Below are positions 12,301-26,700 of a DNA stretch of 64,000 nucleotides, in pieces (position 1 is the stretch's first letter; every line of letters begins with the position of its first letter). Under the pieces are notes generated by a model, which was not told where the DNA came from, made no database searches, and saw only the letters and a program-made list of their open reading frames with translations. Position numbers and translations under genes: made by a program. The DNA is from the human T2T-CHM13v2.0 reference genome, Homo sapiens: NCBI RefSeq assembly GCF_009914755.1, contig NC_060935.1. The stretch is one strand, 5' to 3'.

Positions 12301-15300
12301 CGTTGGAAACGGGTTCATCTTCACAGAAAAACTAAACAGAAGCATTCTCAGAAACTGCTTTGTGATGTTTGTGTTCCACTTCAGGAATTGAACTTTCCTC
12401 TTGACAGAGCAGCTCTGAAACCCTCTTATTCTAGAATCTGCAAGTGGACATTTGGAGGGCTTTGAGGCCTGTGGTGGAAAAGGAAAATCTTCACATAAAA
12501 ACTAGATGGAAGCATTCTCAGAAACTACTTTGTGATGATTGCATTCGACTCACAGAGTTGAACATTCCTATAGATAGAGCAGGTTGTAAACAATCTTTTT
12601 GTAGAATCTGCGATTGGAGATTTGGACTGCTTTGAGGCCTACTGTAGTAAAGGAAATAACTTCATCTAAAAACCAAACGGAAGCATTCACAGACAATTCT
12701 CAGTGATGATTGGATTGAACTAACAGAGCTGAACATTCCTTTAGATGGAGCAGTTTCCAAACCCACTTTCTGTAGAATCTGCAAGTGGATATTTGGAATT
12801 CTCTGAGGATTTCGTTGGAAATGGGATAAACTTCCCAGAACTACAGGGAAGCATTGTGAGAAACTTCTTTGTGATGTTTGCATTCAACTCACAGAGTTGA
12901 ACCTTGCTTTCATAGTTCAGCTTTCAAACACTCTTTTTGTAGAATCTGCAAGTGGATATTTGGACCACTTTGTGGCCTTCCTTCGAAACGGGTATATCTT
13001 CACATCAAACCTAGACAGAAGCATTCTCAGAATGTTTCCTGTGATGACTGCATTCAACTCACAGAGGTGAACAATCCTGTTGATGGAGCACTTTTGAAAC
13101 TCTCTTTCTTTGGATTCTGCAAGTTGATATGTGGACCTCTGTGAAGATTTCGTTGGAAACGGGTTCATCTTCACAGAAAAAGTAAACAGAAGCATTCTCA
13201 GAAACTACTTTGTGATGTTTGTGTTCCACTTCAAGAATTGAACTTTCATCTTGACAGAGCAGCTCTGAAACCCTCTTTTTCTAGAATCTGCAAGTGGACA
13301 TTTGGAGGGCTTTGAGGCCTGTGGTGGAAAAGGAAAATCTTCACATAAAAACTAGATGGAAGCATTCTCAGAAAGTACTTTGTGATGATTGCATTCGACT
13401 CACAGAGTTGAACATTCCTATAGATAGAGCAGGTTGTAAACAATCTTTTTGTAGAATCTGCGATTGGAGATTTGGACTGCTTTGAGGCCTACTGTAGTAA
13501 AGGAAATAACTTCATCTAAAAACCAAACGGAAGCATTCACAGACAATTCTTAGTGATCATTGCATTGAACTAACAGAGCTGAACATTCCTTTAGATGGCG
13601 CAGTTTCCAAACACACTTTCTGTAGAATCTGCAAGTGGATATTTGGACCTCTCTGAGGATTTCGTTGGAAACGGGATAAACTTCCCAGAACTACACAGAA
13701 GCATTCTGAGAAACTTCTTTGTGATGTTTGCATTCAACTCACAGAGTTGAACCTTGCTTTCATAGTTCAGCTTTCAAACACTCTTTTTGTGGAATCTGCA
13801 AGTGGATATTTGGACCACTTTGTGGCCTTCCTTCGAAACGGGTATATCTTCACATCAAACCTAGACAGAAGCATTCTCAGAATGTTTCCTGTGATGACTG
13901 CATTCAACTCACAGAGGTGAACAATCCTGCTGATGGAGCAGTTTTGAAACTCTCTTTCTTTGGATTCTGCAAGTGGATATGTGGACATCTGCGAAGATTT
14001 CGTTGGAAACGGGTTCATCTTCACAGAAAAACTAAACAGGAGCATTCTCAGAAACTGCTTTGTGATGTTTGTGTTCCACTTCAGGAATTGAACTTTCCTC
14101 TTGACAGAGCAGCTCTGAAACCCTCTTTTTCTAGAATCTGCAAGTGGACATTTGGAGGGCTTTGAGGCCTGTGGTGGAAAAGGAAAATCTTCACATAAAA
14201 ACTAGATGGAAGCATTCTCAGAATCTACTTTGTGATGATTGCATTCGACTCACAGAGTTGAACATTCCTATAGATAGAGCAGGTTGTAAACAATCTTTTT
14301 GTAGAATCTGCGATTGGAGATTTGGACTGCTTTGAGGCCTACTGTAGTAAAGGAAATAACTTCATCTAAAAACCAAACGGAAGCATTCACAGACAATTCT
14401 TAGTGATCATTGCATTGAACTAACAGAGCTGAACATTCCTTTAGATGGAGCAGTTTCCAAACCCACTTTCTGTAGAATCTGCAAGTGGATATTTGGACTT
14501 CTTTGAGGATTTCGTTGGAAACGGGATAAACTTCCCAGAACTACACGGAAGCATTGTGAGAAACTTCTTTGTGATGTTTGCATTCAACTCACAGAGTTGA
14601 ACCTTGCTTTCATAGTTCAGCTTTCAAACACTCTTTTTGTAGAATCTGCAAGTGGATATTTGGACCACTTTGTGGCCTTCCTTTGAAACGGGTATATCTT
14701 CACATCAAACCTAGACAGAAGCATTCTCAGAATGTTTCCTGTGATGACTGCATTCAACTCACAGAGGTGAACAATCCTGTTGATGGAGCAGTTTTGAAAC
14801 TCTCTTTCTTTGGATTCTGCAAGTTGATATGTGGACCTCTGTGAAGATTTCGTTGGAAACTGGTTCATATTCACAGAAAATCTAAACAGGAGCATTCTCA
14901 GAAACTGCTTTGTGATGTTTGTGTTCCACTTCAAGAATTGAACTTTCCTCTTGACAGAGGAGCTCTGAAACCCTCTTTTTCTAGAATCTGCAAGTGGACA
15001 TTTGGAGGGCTTTGAGGCCTGTGGTGGAAAAGGAAAATCTTCACATAAAAACTAGATGGAAGCATTCTCAGAAACTACTTTGTGATGATTGCATTCGACT
15101 CACAGAGTTGAACATTCCTATAGATAGAGCAGGTTGTAAACAATCTTTTTGTAGAATCTGCGATTGGAGATTTGGACTGCTTTGAGGCCTACTGTAGTAA
15201 AGGAAATAACTTCATCTAAAAACCAAACGGAAGCATTCACAGACAATTCTTAGTGATCATTGCATTGAACTAACAGAGCTGAACATTCCTTTAGATGGCG

Positions 15301-18300
15301 CAGTTTCCAAACACACTTTCTGTAGAATCTGCAAGTGGATATTTGGACCTCTCTGAGGATTTCGTTGGAAAAGGGATAAACTTCCCAGAACTACACGGAA
15401 GCATTCTGAGAAACTTCTTTGTGATGTTTGCATTCAACTCACAGAGTTGAACCTTGCTTTCATAGTTCAGCTTTCAAACACTCTTTTTGTAGAATCTGCA
15501 AGTGGATATTTGGACCACTTTGTGGCCTTCCTTCGAAACGGGTATATCTTCACATCAAACCTAGACAGAAGCATTCTCAGAATGTTTCCTGTGATGACTG
15601 CATTCAACTCACAGAGGTGAACAATCCTGCTGATGGAGCACTTTTGAAACTCTCTTTCTTTGGATTCTGCAAGTTGATATGTGGACCTCTGTGAAGATTT
15701 CGTTGGAAACGGGTTCATCTTCACAGAAAAACTAAACAGAAGCATTCTCAGAAATTGCTTTGTGATGTTTGTGTTCCACTTCAAGAATTGAACTTTCCTC
15801 TTCACAGAGCAGCTCTGAAACCCTCTTTTTCTAGAATCTGCAAGTGGACATTTGGAGGGCTTTGAGGCCTGTGGTGGAAAAGGAAAATCTTCACATAAAA
15901 ACTAGATGGAAGCATTCTCAGAAACTACTTTGTGATGATTGCATTCGACTCACAGAGTTGAACATTCCTATAGAGAGAGCAGATTGTAAACAATCTTTTT
16001 GTAGAATCTGCGATTGGAGATTTGGACTGCTTTGAGGCCTACTGTAGTAAAGGAAATAACTTCATCTAAAAACCAAACGGAAGCATTCACAGACAATTCT
16101 TAGTGATCATTGCATTGAACTAACAGAGCTGAACATTCCTTTATATGGCGCAGTTTCCAAACACACTTTCTGTAGAATCTGCAAGTGGATATTTGGACCT
16201 CTCTGAGGATTTCGTTGGAAACGGGATAAACTTCCCAGAACTACACGGAAGCATTCTGAGAAACTTCTTTGTGATGTTTGCATTCAACTCACAGAGTTGA
16301 ACCTTGCTCTCATAGTTCAGCTTTCAAACACTCTTTTTGTAGAATCTGCAAGTGGATATTTGGACCACTTTGTGGCCTTCCTTCGAAACGGGTATATCTT
16401 CACATCAAACCTAGACAGAAGCATTCTCAGAATGTATCCTGTGATGACTGCATTCAACTCACAGAGGTGAACAATCCTGTTGATGGAGCACTTTTGAAAC
16501 TCTCTTTCTTTGGATTCTGCAAGTTGATATGTGGACCTCTGTGAATATTTCGTTGGAAACGGGTTCATCTTCACAGAAAAACTAAACAGAAGCATTCTCA
16601 GAAACTACTTTGTGATGTTTGTGTTCCACTTCAAGAATTGAACTTTCCTCTTGACAGAGCAGCTCTGAAACCCTCTTTTTCTAGAATCTGCAAGTGGACA
16701 TTTGGAGGGCTTTGAGGCCTGTGGTGGAAAAGGAAAATCTTCACATAAAAACTAGATGGAAGCATTCTCAGAAACTACTTTGTGATGATTGCCTTCGACT
16801 CACAGAGTTGAACATTCCTATAGATAGAGCAGGTTGTAAACAATCTTTTTGTAGAATCTGCGATTGGAGATTTGGACTGCTTTGAGGCCTACTGTAGTAA
16901 AGGAAATAACTTCATCTAAAAACCTAACGGAAGCATTCACAGACAATTCTTAGTGATCATTGCATTGAACTAACAGAGCTGTACATTCCTTTAGATGGCG
17001 CAGTTTCCAAACACACTTTCTGTAGAATCTGCAAGTGGATATTTGGACCTCTCTGAGGATTTCGTTGGAAACGGGATAAACTTCCCAGAACTACACAGAA
17101 GCATTCTGAGAAACTTCTTTGTGATGTTTGCATTCAACTCACAGAGTTGAACCTTGCTTTCATAGTTCAGCTTTCAAACATTCTTTTTGTAGAATCTGCA
17201 AGTGGATATTTGGACCACTTTGTGGCCTTCCTTCGAAACGGGTATATCTTCACATCAAACCTAGACAGAAGCATTCTCACAATGTTTCCTGTGATGACTG
17301 CATTCAACTCACAGAGGTGAACAATCCTGTTGATGGAGCAGTTTTGAAACTCTCTTTCTTTGGATTCTGCAAGTGGATATGTGGACCTCTGTGAAGATTT
17401 CGTTGGAAACGGGTTCATCTTCACAGAAAAACTAAACAGAAGCATTCTCAGAAACTACTTTGTGATGTTTGTGTTCCACTTCAAGAATTGAACTTTCCTC
17501 TTGACAGAGCAGCTCTGAAACCCTCTTTTTCTAGAATCTGCAAGTGGACATTTGGAGGGCTTTGAGGCCTGTGGTGGAAAAGGAAAATCTTCACATAAAA
17601 ACTAGATGGAAGCATTCTCAGAAACTACTTTGTGATGATTGCATACGACTCACAGAGTTGAACATTCCTATAGATAGAGCAGGTTGTAAACAATCTTTTT
17701 GTAGAATCTGCGATTGGAGATTTGGACTGCTTTCAGGCCTACTGTAGTAAAGGAAATAACTTCATCTAAAAACCAAACGGAAGCATTCACAGACAATTCT
17801 TAGTGATCATTGCATTGAACTAACAGAGCTGAACATTCCTTTAGATGGCGCAGTTTCCAAACACACTTTCTGTAGAATCTGCAAGTGGATATTTGGACCT
17901 CTCTGAGGATTTCGTTGGAAACGGGATAAACTTCCCAGAACTACACGGAAGCATTCTGAGAACTTCTTTGTGATGTTTGTATTCAACTCACAGAGTTGAA
18001 CCTTGCTTTCATAGTTCAGCTTTCAAACACTCTTTTTGTAGAATCTGCAAGTGGATATTTGGACCACTTTGTGGCCTTCCTTCGAAACGGGTATATCTTC
18101 ACATCAAACCTAGACAGAAGCATTCTCAGAATGTTTCCTGTGATGACTGCATTCAACTCACAAAGGTGAACAATCCTGCTGATGGAGCAGTTTTGAAACT
18201 CTCTTTCTTTGGATTCTGCAAGTGGATATGTTGACCTCTGTGAAGATTTCGTTGGAAACGGGTTCATCTTCACAGAAAAACTAAACAGAAGCATTCTCAG

Positions 18301-20749
18301 AAACTACTTTGTGATGTTTGTGTTCCACTTCAAGAATTGAACTTTCCTCTTGACAGAGCAGCTCTGAAACCCTCTTTTTCTAGAATCTGCAAGTGGACAT
18401 TTGGAGGGCTTTGAGGCCTGTGGTGGAAAAGGAAAATCTTCACATAAAAACTAGATGGAAGCATTCTCAGAAACTACTTTGTGATGATTGCATTCGACTC
18501 ACAGAGTTGAACATTCCTATAGATAGAGCAGGTTGTAAACAATCTTTTTGTAGAATCTGCGATTGGAGATTTGGACTGCTTTGAGGCCTACTGTAGTAAA
18601 GGAAATAACTTCATCTAAAAACCAAACGGAAGCATTCACAGACAATTCTTAGTGATCATTGCATTGAACTAACAGAGCTGTACATTCCTTTAGATGGCGC
18701 AGTTTCCAAACACACTTTCTGTAGAATCTGCAAGTGGATATTTGGACCTCTCTGAGGATTTCGTTGGAAACGGGATAAACTTCCCAGAACTACACAGAAG
18801 CATTCTGAGAAACTTCTTTGTGATGTTTGCATTCAACTCACAGAGTTGAACCTTGCTTTCATAGTTCAGCTTTCAAACACTCTTTTTGTAGAATCTGCAA
18901 GTGGATATTTGGACCACTTTGTGGCCTTCCTTCGAAACGGGTATATCTTCACATCAAACCTAGACAGAAGCATTCTCAGAATGTTTCCTGTGATGACTGC
19001 ATTCAACTCACAGAGGTGAACAATCCTGCTGATGGAGCAGTTTTGAAACTCTCTTTCTTTGGATTCTGCAAGTGGATATGTGGACCTCTGTGAAGATTTC
19101 GTTGGAAACGGGTTCATCTTCACAGAAAAACTAAACAGAAGCATTCTCAGAAACTACTTTGTGATGTTTGTGTTCCACTTCAAGAATTGAACTTTCCTCT
19201 TGACAGAGCAGCTCTGAAACCCTCTTTTTCTAGAATCTGCAAGTGGACATTTGGAGGGCTTTGAGGCCTGTGGTGGAAAAGGAAAATCTTCACATAAAAA
19301 CTAGATGGAAGCATTCTCAGAAACTACTTTGTGATGATTGCATTCGACTCACAGAGTTGAACATTCCTATAGATAGAGCAGGTTGTAAACAATCTTTTTC
19401 TAGAATCTGCGATTGGAGACTTGGACTGCTTTGAGGCCTACTGTAGTAAAGGAAATAACTTCATCTAAAAACCAAACGGAAGCATTCACAGACAATTCTC
19501 AGTGATCATTGGATTGAACTAACAGAGCTGAACATTCCTTTAGATGGCGCAGTTTCCAAACACACTTTCTGTAGAATCTGCAAGTGGATATTTGGACTTC
19601 TCTGAGGATTTCGTTGGAAACGGGATAAACTTCCCAGAACTACACGGAAGCATTGTGAGAAACTTCTTTGTGATGTTTGCATTCAACTCACAGAGTTGAA
19701 CCTTGCTTTCATAGTTCAGCTTTCAAACACTCTTTTTGTAGAATCTGCAAGTGGATATTTGGACCACTTTGTGGCCTTCCTTCGAAACGGGTATATCTTC
19801 ACATCAAACCTAGACAGAAGCATTCTCAGAATGTTTCCTGTGATGACTGCATTCAACTCACAGAGGTGAACAATCCTGCTGATGGAGCAGTTTTGAAACT
19901 CTCTTTCTTTGGATTCTGCAAGTGGATATGTGGACCTCTGTGAAGATTTCGTTGGAAACGGGTTCATCTTCACAGAAAAACTAAACAGAAGCATTCTCAG
20001 AAACTGCTTTGTGATGTTTGTGTTCCACTTCAGGAATTGAACTTTCCTCTTGACAGAGCAGCTCTGAAACCCTCTTATTCTAGAATCTGCAAGTGGACAT
20101 TTGGAGGGCTTTGAGGCCTGTGGTGGAAAAGGAAAATCTTCACATAAAAACTAGATGGAAGCATTCTCAGAAACAACTTTGTGATGATTGCATTCGACTC
20201 ACAGAGTTGAACATTCCTATCGATAGAGCAGGTTGTAAACAATCTTTTTGTAGAATCTGCGATTGGAGATTTGGACTGCTTTGAGGCCTACTGTAGTAAA
20301 GGAAATAACTTCATCTAAAAACCAAACGGAAGCATTCACAGACAATTCTTAGTGATCATTGCATTGAACTAACAGAGCTGAACATTCCTTTAGATGGCGC
20401 AGTTTCCAAACACACTTTCTGTAGAATCTGCAAGTGGATATTTGGACCTCTCTGAGGATTTCGTTCGAAATGGGATAAACTTCCCAGAACTACACGGAAG
20501 CATTCTGAGAAACTTCTTTGTGATGTTTGCATTCAACTCACAGAGTTGAACCTTGCTTTCATAGTTCAGCTTTCAAACACTCTTTTTGTAGAATCTGCAA
20601 GTGGATATTTGGACCACTTTGTGGCCTTCCTTCGAAACGGGTATATCTTCACATCAAACCTAGACAGAAGCTTTCTCAGAATGTTTCCTCTGATGACTGC
20701 ATTCAACTCACAGAGGTGAACAATCCTGCTGATGGAGCAGTTTTGAAAC

Positions 20750-23700
20750 TCTCTTTCTTTGGATTCTGCAAGTGGATATGTGGACCTCTGTGAAGATTTC
20801 GTTGGAAACGGGTTCATCTTCACAGAAAAACTAAACAGAAGCATTCTCAGAAACTGCTTTGTGATGTTTGTGTTCCACTTCAGGAATTGAACTTTCCTCT
20901 TGACAGAGCAGCTCTGAAACCCTCTTATTCTAGAATCTGCAAGTGGACATTTGGAGGGCTTTGAGGCCTGTGGTGGAAAAGGAAAATCTTCACATAAAAA
21001 CTAGATGGAAGCATTCTCAGAAAAAACTTTGTGATGATTGCATTCGACTCACAGAGTTGAACATTCCTATAGATAGAGCAGGTTGTAAACAATCTTTTTC
21101 TAGAATCTGCGATTGGAGATTTGGACTGCTTTGAGGCCTACTGTAGTAAAGGAAATAACTTCATCTAAAAACCAAACGGAAGCATTCACAGACAATTCTT
21201 AGTGATCATTGGATTGAACTAACAGAGCTGAACATTCCTTTAGATGGCGCAGTTTCCAAACACACTTTCTGTAGAATCTGCAAGTGGATATTTGGACCTC
21301 TCTGAGGATTTCGTTGGAAACGGGATAAACTTCCCAGAACTACACGGATGCATTGTGAGAAACTTCTTTGTGATGTTTGCATTCAACTCACAGAGTTGAA
21401 CCTTGCTTTCATAGTTCAGCTTTCAAACACTCTTTTTGTAGAATCTGCAAGTGGATATTTGGACCACTTTGTGGCCTTCCTTCGAAACGGGTATATCTTC
21501 ACATCAAACCTAGACAGAAGCATTCTCAGAATGTTTCCTGTGATGACTGCATTCAACTCACAAAGGTGAACAATCCTGCTGATGGAGCAGTTTTGAAACT
21601 CTCTTTCTTTGGATTCTGCAAGTGGATATGTTGACCTCTGTGAAGATTTCGTTGGAAACGGGTTCATCTTCACAGAAACACTAAACAGGAGCATTCTCAG
21701 AAACTGCTTTGTGATGTTTGTGTTCCACTTCAAGAATTGAACTTTCCTCTTGACAGAGCAGCTCTGAAACCCTCTTTTTCTAGAATCTGCAAGTGGACAT
21801 TTGGAGGGATTTGAGGCCTGTGGTGGAAAAGGAAAATCTTCACATAAGAACTAGATGGAAGCATTCTCAGAAACTACTTTGTGATGATTGCATTCGACTC
21901 ACAGAGTTGAACATTCCTATAGATAGAGCAGGTTGTAAACAATCTTTTTGTAGAATCTGCGATTGGAGATTTGGACTGCTTTGAGGCCTACTGCAGTAAA
22001 GGAAATAACTTCATCTAAAAACCAAACGGAAGCATTCACAGACAATTCTTAGTGATCATTGCATTGAACTAACAGAGCTGAACATTCCTTTAGATGGCGC
22101 AGTTTCCAAACACACTTTCTGTAGAATCTGCAAGTGGATATTTGGACCTCTCTGAGGATTTCGTTGGAAACGGGATATACTTCCCAGAACTACACGGAAG
22201 CATTGTGAGAAACTTCTTTGTGATGTTTGCATTCAACTCACAGAGTTGAACCTTGCTTTCATAGTTCAGCTTTCAAACACTCTTTTTGTAGAATCTGCAA
22301 GTGGATATTTGGACCACTTTGTGGCCTTCCTTCGAAACGGGTATATCTTCACATCAAACCTAGACAGAAGCATTCTCAGAATGTTTCCTGTGATGACTGC
22401 ATTCAACTCACAGAGGTGAACAATCCTGCTGATGGAGCAGTTTTGAAACTCTCTTTCTTTGGATTCTGCAAGTGGATATGTGGACCTCTGTGAAGATTTC
22501 GTTGGAAACGGGTTCATCTTCACAGAAAAACTAAACAGAAGCATTCTCAGAAACTGCTTTGTGATGTTTGTGTTCCACTTCAGGAATTGAACTTTCCTCT
22601 TGACAGAGCAGCTCTGAAACCCTCTTATTCTAGAATCTGCAAGTGGACATTTGGAGGGCTTTGAGGCCTGTGGTGGAAAAGGAAAATCTTCACATAAAAA
22701 CTAGATGGAAGCATTCTCAGAAACTACTTTGTGATGATTGCATTCGACTCACAGAGTTGAACATTCCTATAGATAGAGCAGGTTGTAAACAATCTTTTTC
22801 TAGAATCTGCGATTGGAGACTTGGACTGCTTTGAGGCCTACTGTAGTAAAGGAAATAACTTCATCTAAAAACCAAACGGAAGCATTCACAGACAATTCTC
22901 AGTGATCATTGGATTGAACTAACAGAGCTGAACATTCCTTTAGATGGCGCAGTTTCCAAACACACTTTCTGTAGAATCTGCAAGTGGATATTTGGACTTC
23001 TCTGAGGATTTCGTTGGAAACGGGATAAAGTTCCCAGAACTACACGGAAGCATTGTGAGAAACTTCTTTGTGATGTTTGCATTCAACTCACAGAGTTGAA
23101 CCTTGCTTTCATAGTTCAGCTTTCAAACACTCTTTTTGTAGAATCTGCAAGTGGATATTTGGACCACTTTGTGGCCTTCCTTCGAAACGGGTATATCTTC
23201 ACATCAAACCTAGACAGAAGCATTCTCAGAATGTTTCCTGTGATGACTGCATTCAACTCACAGAGGTGAACAATCCTGCTGATGGAGCAGTTTTGAAACT
23301 CTCTTTCTTTGGATTCTGCAAGTGGATATGTGGACCTCTGTGAAGATTTCGTTGGAAACGGGTTCATCTTCACAGAAAAACTAAACAGAAGCATTCTCAG
23401 AAACTGCTTTGTGATGTTTGTGCTCCACTTCAGGAATTGAACTTTCCTCTTGACAGAGCAGCTCTGAAACCCTCTTATTCTAGAATCTGCAAGTGGACAT
23501 TTGGAGGGCTTTGAGGCCTGTGGTGGAAAAGGAAAATCTTCACATAAAAACTAGATGGAAGCATTCTCAGAAACTACTTTGTGATGATTGCATTCGACTC
23601 ACAGAGTTGAACATTCCTATAGATAGAGCAGGTTGTAAACAATCTTTTTGTAGAATCTGCGATTGGATATTTGGACTGCTTTGAGGCCTACTGTAGTAAA

Positions 23701-26700
23701 GGAAATAACTTCATCTAAAAACCAAACGGAAGCATTCACAGACAATTCTCAGTGATGATTGGATTGAACTAACAGAGCTGAACATTCCTTTAGATGGCGC
23801 AGTTTCCAAACACACTTTCTGTAGAATCTGCAAGTGGATATTTGGACTTCTCTGAGGATTTCGTTGGAAACGGGATATACTTCCCAGAACTACACGGAAG
23901 CATTGTGAGAAACTTCTTTGTGATGTTTGCATTCAACTCACAGAGTTGAACCTTGCTTTCATAGTTCAGCTTTCAAACACTCTTTTTGTAGAATCTGCAA
24001 GTGGATATTTGGACCACTTTGTGGCCTTCCTTCGAAACGGGTATATCTTCACATCAAACCTAGACAGAAGCATTCTCAGAATGTTTCCTGTGATGACTGC
24101 ATTCAACTCACAGAGGTGAACAATCCTGCTGATGGAGCAGTTTTGAAACTCTCTTTCTTTGGATTCTGCAAGTGGATATGTTGACCTCTGTGAAGATTTC
24201 GTTGGAAACGGGTTCATCTTCACAGAAAAACTAAACAGGAGCATTCTCAGAAACTGCTTTGTGATGTTTGTGTTCCACTTCAAGAATTGAACTTTCCTCT
24301 TGACAGAGAAGCTCTGAAACCCTCTTTTTCTAGAATCTGCAAGTGGACATTTGGAGGGCTTTGAGGCCTGTGGTGGAAAAGGAAAATCTTCACATAAAAA
24401 CTAGATGGAAGCATTCTCAGAAACTACTTTGTGATGATTGCATTCGACTCACAGAGTTGAACATTCCTATAGATAGAGCAGGTTGTAAACAATCTTTTTC
24501 TAGAATCTGCGATTGGAGATTTGGACTGCTTTGAGGCCTACTGTAGTAAAGGAAATAACTTCATCTAAAAACCAAACGGAAGCATTCACAGACAATTCTC
24601 AGTGATGACTGGATTGAACTAACAGAGCTGAACATTCCTTTAGATGGCGCAGTTTCCAAACACACTTTCTGTAGAATCTGCAAGTGGATATTTGGACCTC
24701 TCTGAGGATTTCGTTGGAAACGGGATAAACTTCCCAGAACTACACGGAAGCATTCTGAGAAACTTCTTTGTGATGTTTGCATTCAACTCACAGAGTTGAA
24801 CCTTGCTTTCATAGTTCAGCTTTCAAACACTCTTTTTGTAGAATCTGCAATTGGATATTTGGACCACTTTGTGGCCTTCCTTCGAAACGGGTATATCTTC
24901 ACATCAAACCTAGACAGAAGCATTCTCAGAATGTTTCCTGTGATGACTGCATTCAACTCACAGAGGTGAACAATCCTGCTGATGGAGCAGTTTTGAAACT
25001 CTCTTTCTTTGGATTCTGCAAGTGGATATGTGGACCTCTGTGAAGACTTCGTTGGAAACGGGTTCATCTTCACAGAAAAACTAAACAGAAGCATTCTCAG
25101 AAACTGCTTTGTGATGTTTGTGTTCCACTTCAGGAATTGAACTTTCCTCTTGACAGAGCAGCTCTGAAACCCTCTTATTCTAGAATCTGCAAGTGGACAT
25201 TTGGAGGGCTTTGAGGCCTGTGGTGGAAAAGGAAAATCTTCACATAAAAACTAGATGGAAGCATTCTCAGAAAAAACTTTGTGATGATTGCATTCGACTC
25301 ACAGAGTTGAACATTCCTATAGATAGAGCAGGTTGTAAACAATCTTTTTCTAGAATCTGCGATTGGAGATTTGGACTGCTTTGAGGCCTACTGTAGTAAA
25401 GGAAATAACTTCATCTAAAAACCAAACGGAAGCATTCACAGACAATTCTTAGTGATCATTGGATTGAACTAACAGAGCTGAACATTCCTTTAGATGGCGC
25501 AGTTTCCAAACACACTTTCTGTAGAATCTGCAAGTGGATATTTGGACCTCTCTGAGGATTTCGTTGGAAACGGGATAAACTTCCCAGAACTACACGGATG
25601 CATTGTGAGAAACTTCTTTGTGATGTTTGCATTCAACTCACAGAGTTGAACCTTGCTTTCATAGTTCAGCTTTCAAACACTCTTTTTGTAGAATCTGCAA
25701 GTGGATATTTGGACCACTTTGTGGCCTTCCTTCGAAACGGGTATATCTTCACATCAAACCTAGACAGAAGCATTCTCAGAATGTTTCCTGTGATGACTGC
25801 ATTCAACTCACAAAGGTGAACAATCCTGCTGATGGAGCAGTTTTGAAACTCTCTTTCTTTGGATTCTGCAAGTGGATATGTTGACCTCTGTGAAGATTTC
25901 GTTGGAAACGGGTTCATCTTCACAGAAACACTAAACAGGAGCATTCTCAGAAACTGCTTTGTGATGTTTGTGTTCCACTTCAAGAATTGAACTTTCCTCT
26001 TGACAGAGCAGCTCTGAAACCCTCTTTTTCTAGAATCTGCAAGTGGACATTTGGAGGGATTTGAGGCCTGTGGTGGAAAAGGAAAATCTTCACATAAGAA
26101 CTAGATGGAAGCATTCTCAGAAACTACTTTGTGATGATTGCATTCGACTCACAGAGTTGAACATTCCTATAGATAGAGCAGGTTGTAAACAATCTTTTTG
26201 TAGAATCTGCGATTGGAGATTTGGACTGCTTTGAGGCCTACTGCAGTAAAGGAAATAACTTCATCTAAAAACCAAACGGAAGCATTCACAGACAATTCTT
26301 AGTGATCATTGCATTGAACTAACAGAGCTGAACATTCCTTTAGATGGCGCAGTTTCCAAACACACTTTCTGTAGAATCTGCAAGTGGATATTTGGACCTC
26401 TCTGAGGATTTCGTTGGAAACGGGATATACTTCCCAGAACTACACGGAAGCATTGTGAGAAACTTCTTTGTGATGTTTGCATTCAACTCACAGAGTTGAA
26501 CCTTGCTTTCATAGTTCAGCTTTCAAACACTCTTTTTGTAGAATCTGCAAGTGGATATTTGGACCACTTTGTGGCCTTCCTTCGAAACGGGTATATCTTC
26601 ACATCAAACCTAGACAGAAGCATTCTCAGAATGTTTCCTGTGATGACTGCATTCAACTCACAGAGGTGAACAATCCTGCTGATGGAGCAGTTTTGAAACT

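Noticed and set aside
13728-14165. Longest ORF (145 aa)
   Set aside because: It results from a single private TGA>CGA change at 13992 that reads through into the next monomer; there is no evidence of function.
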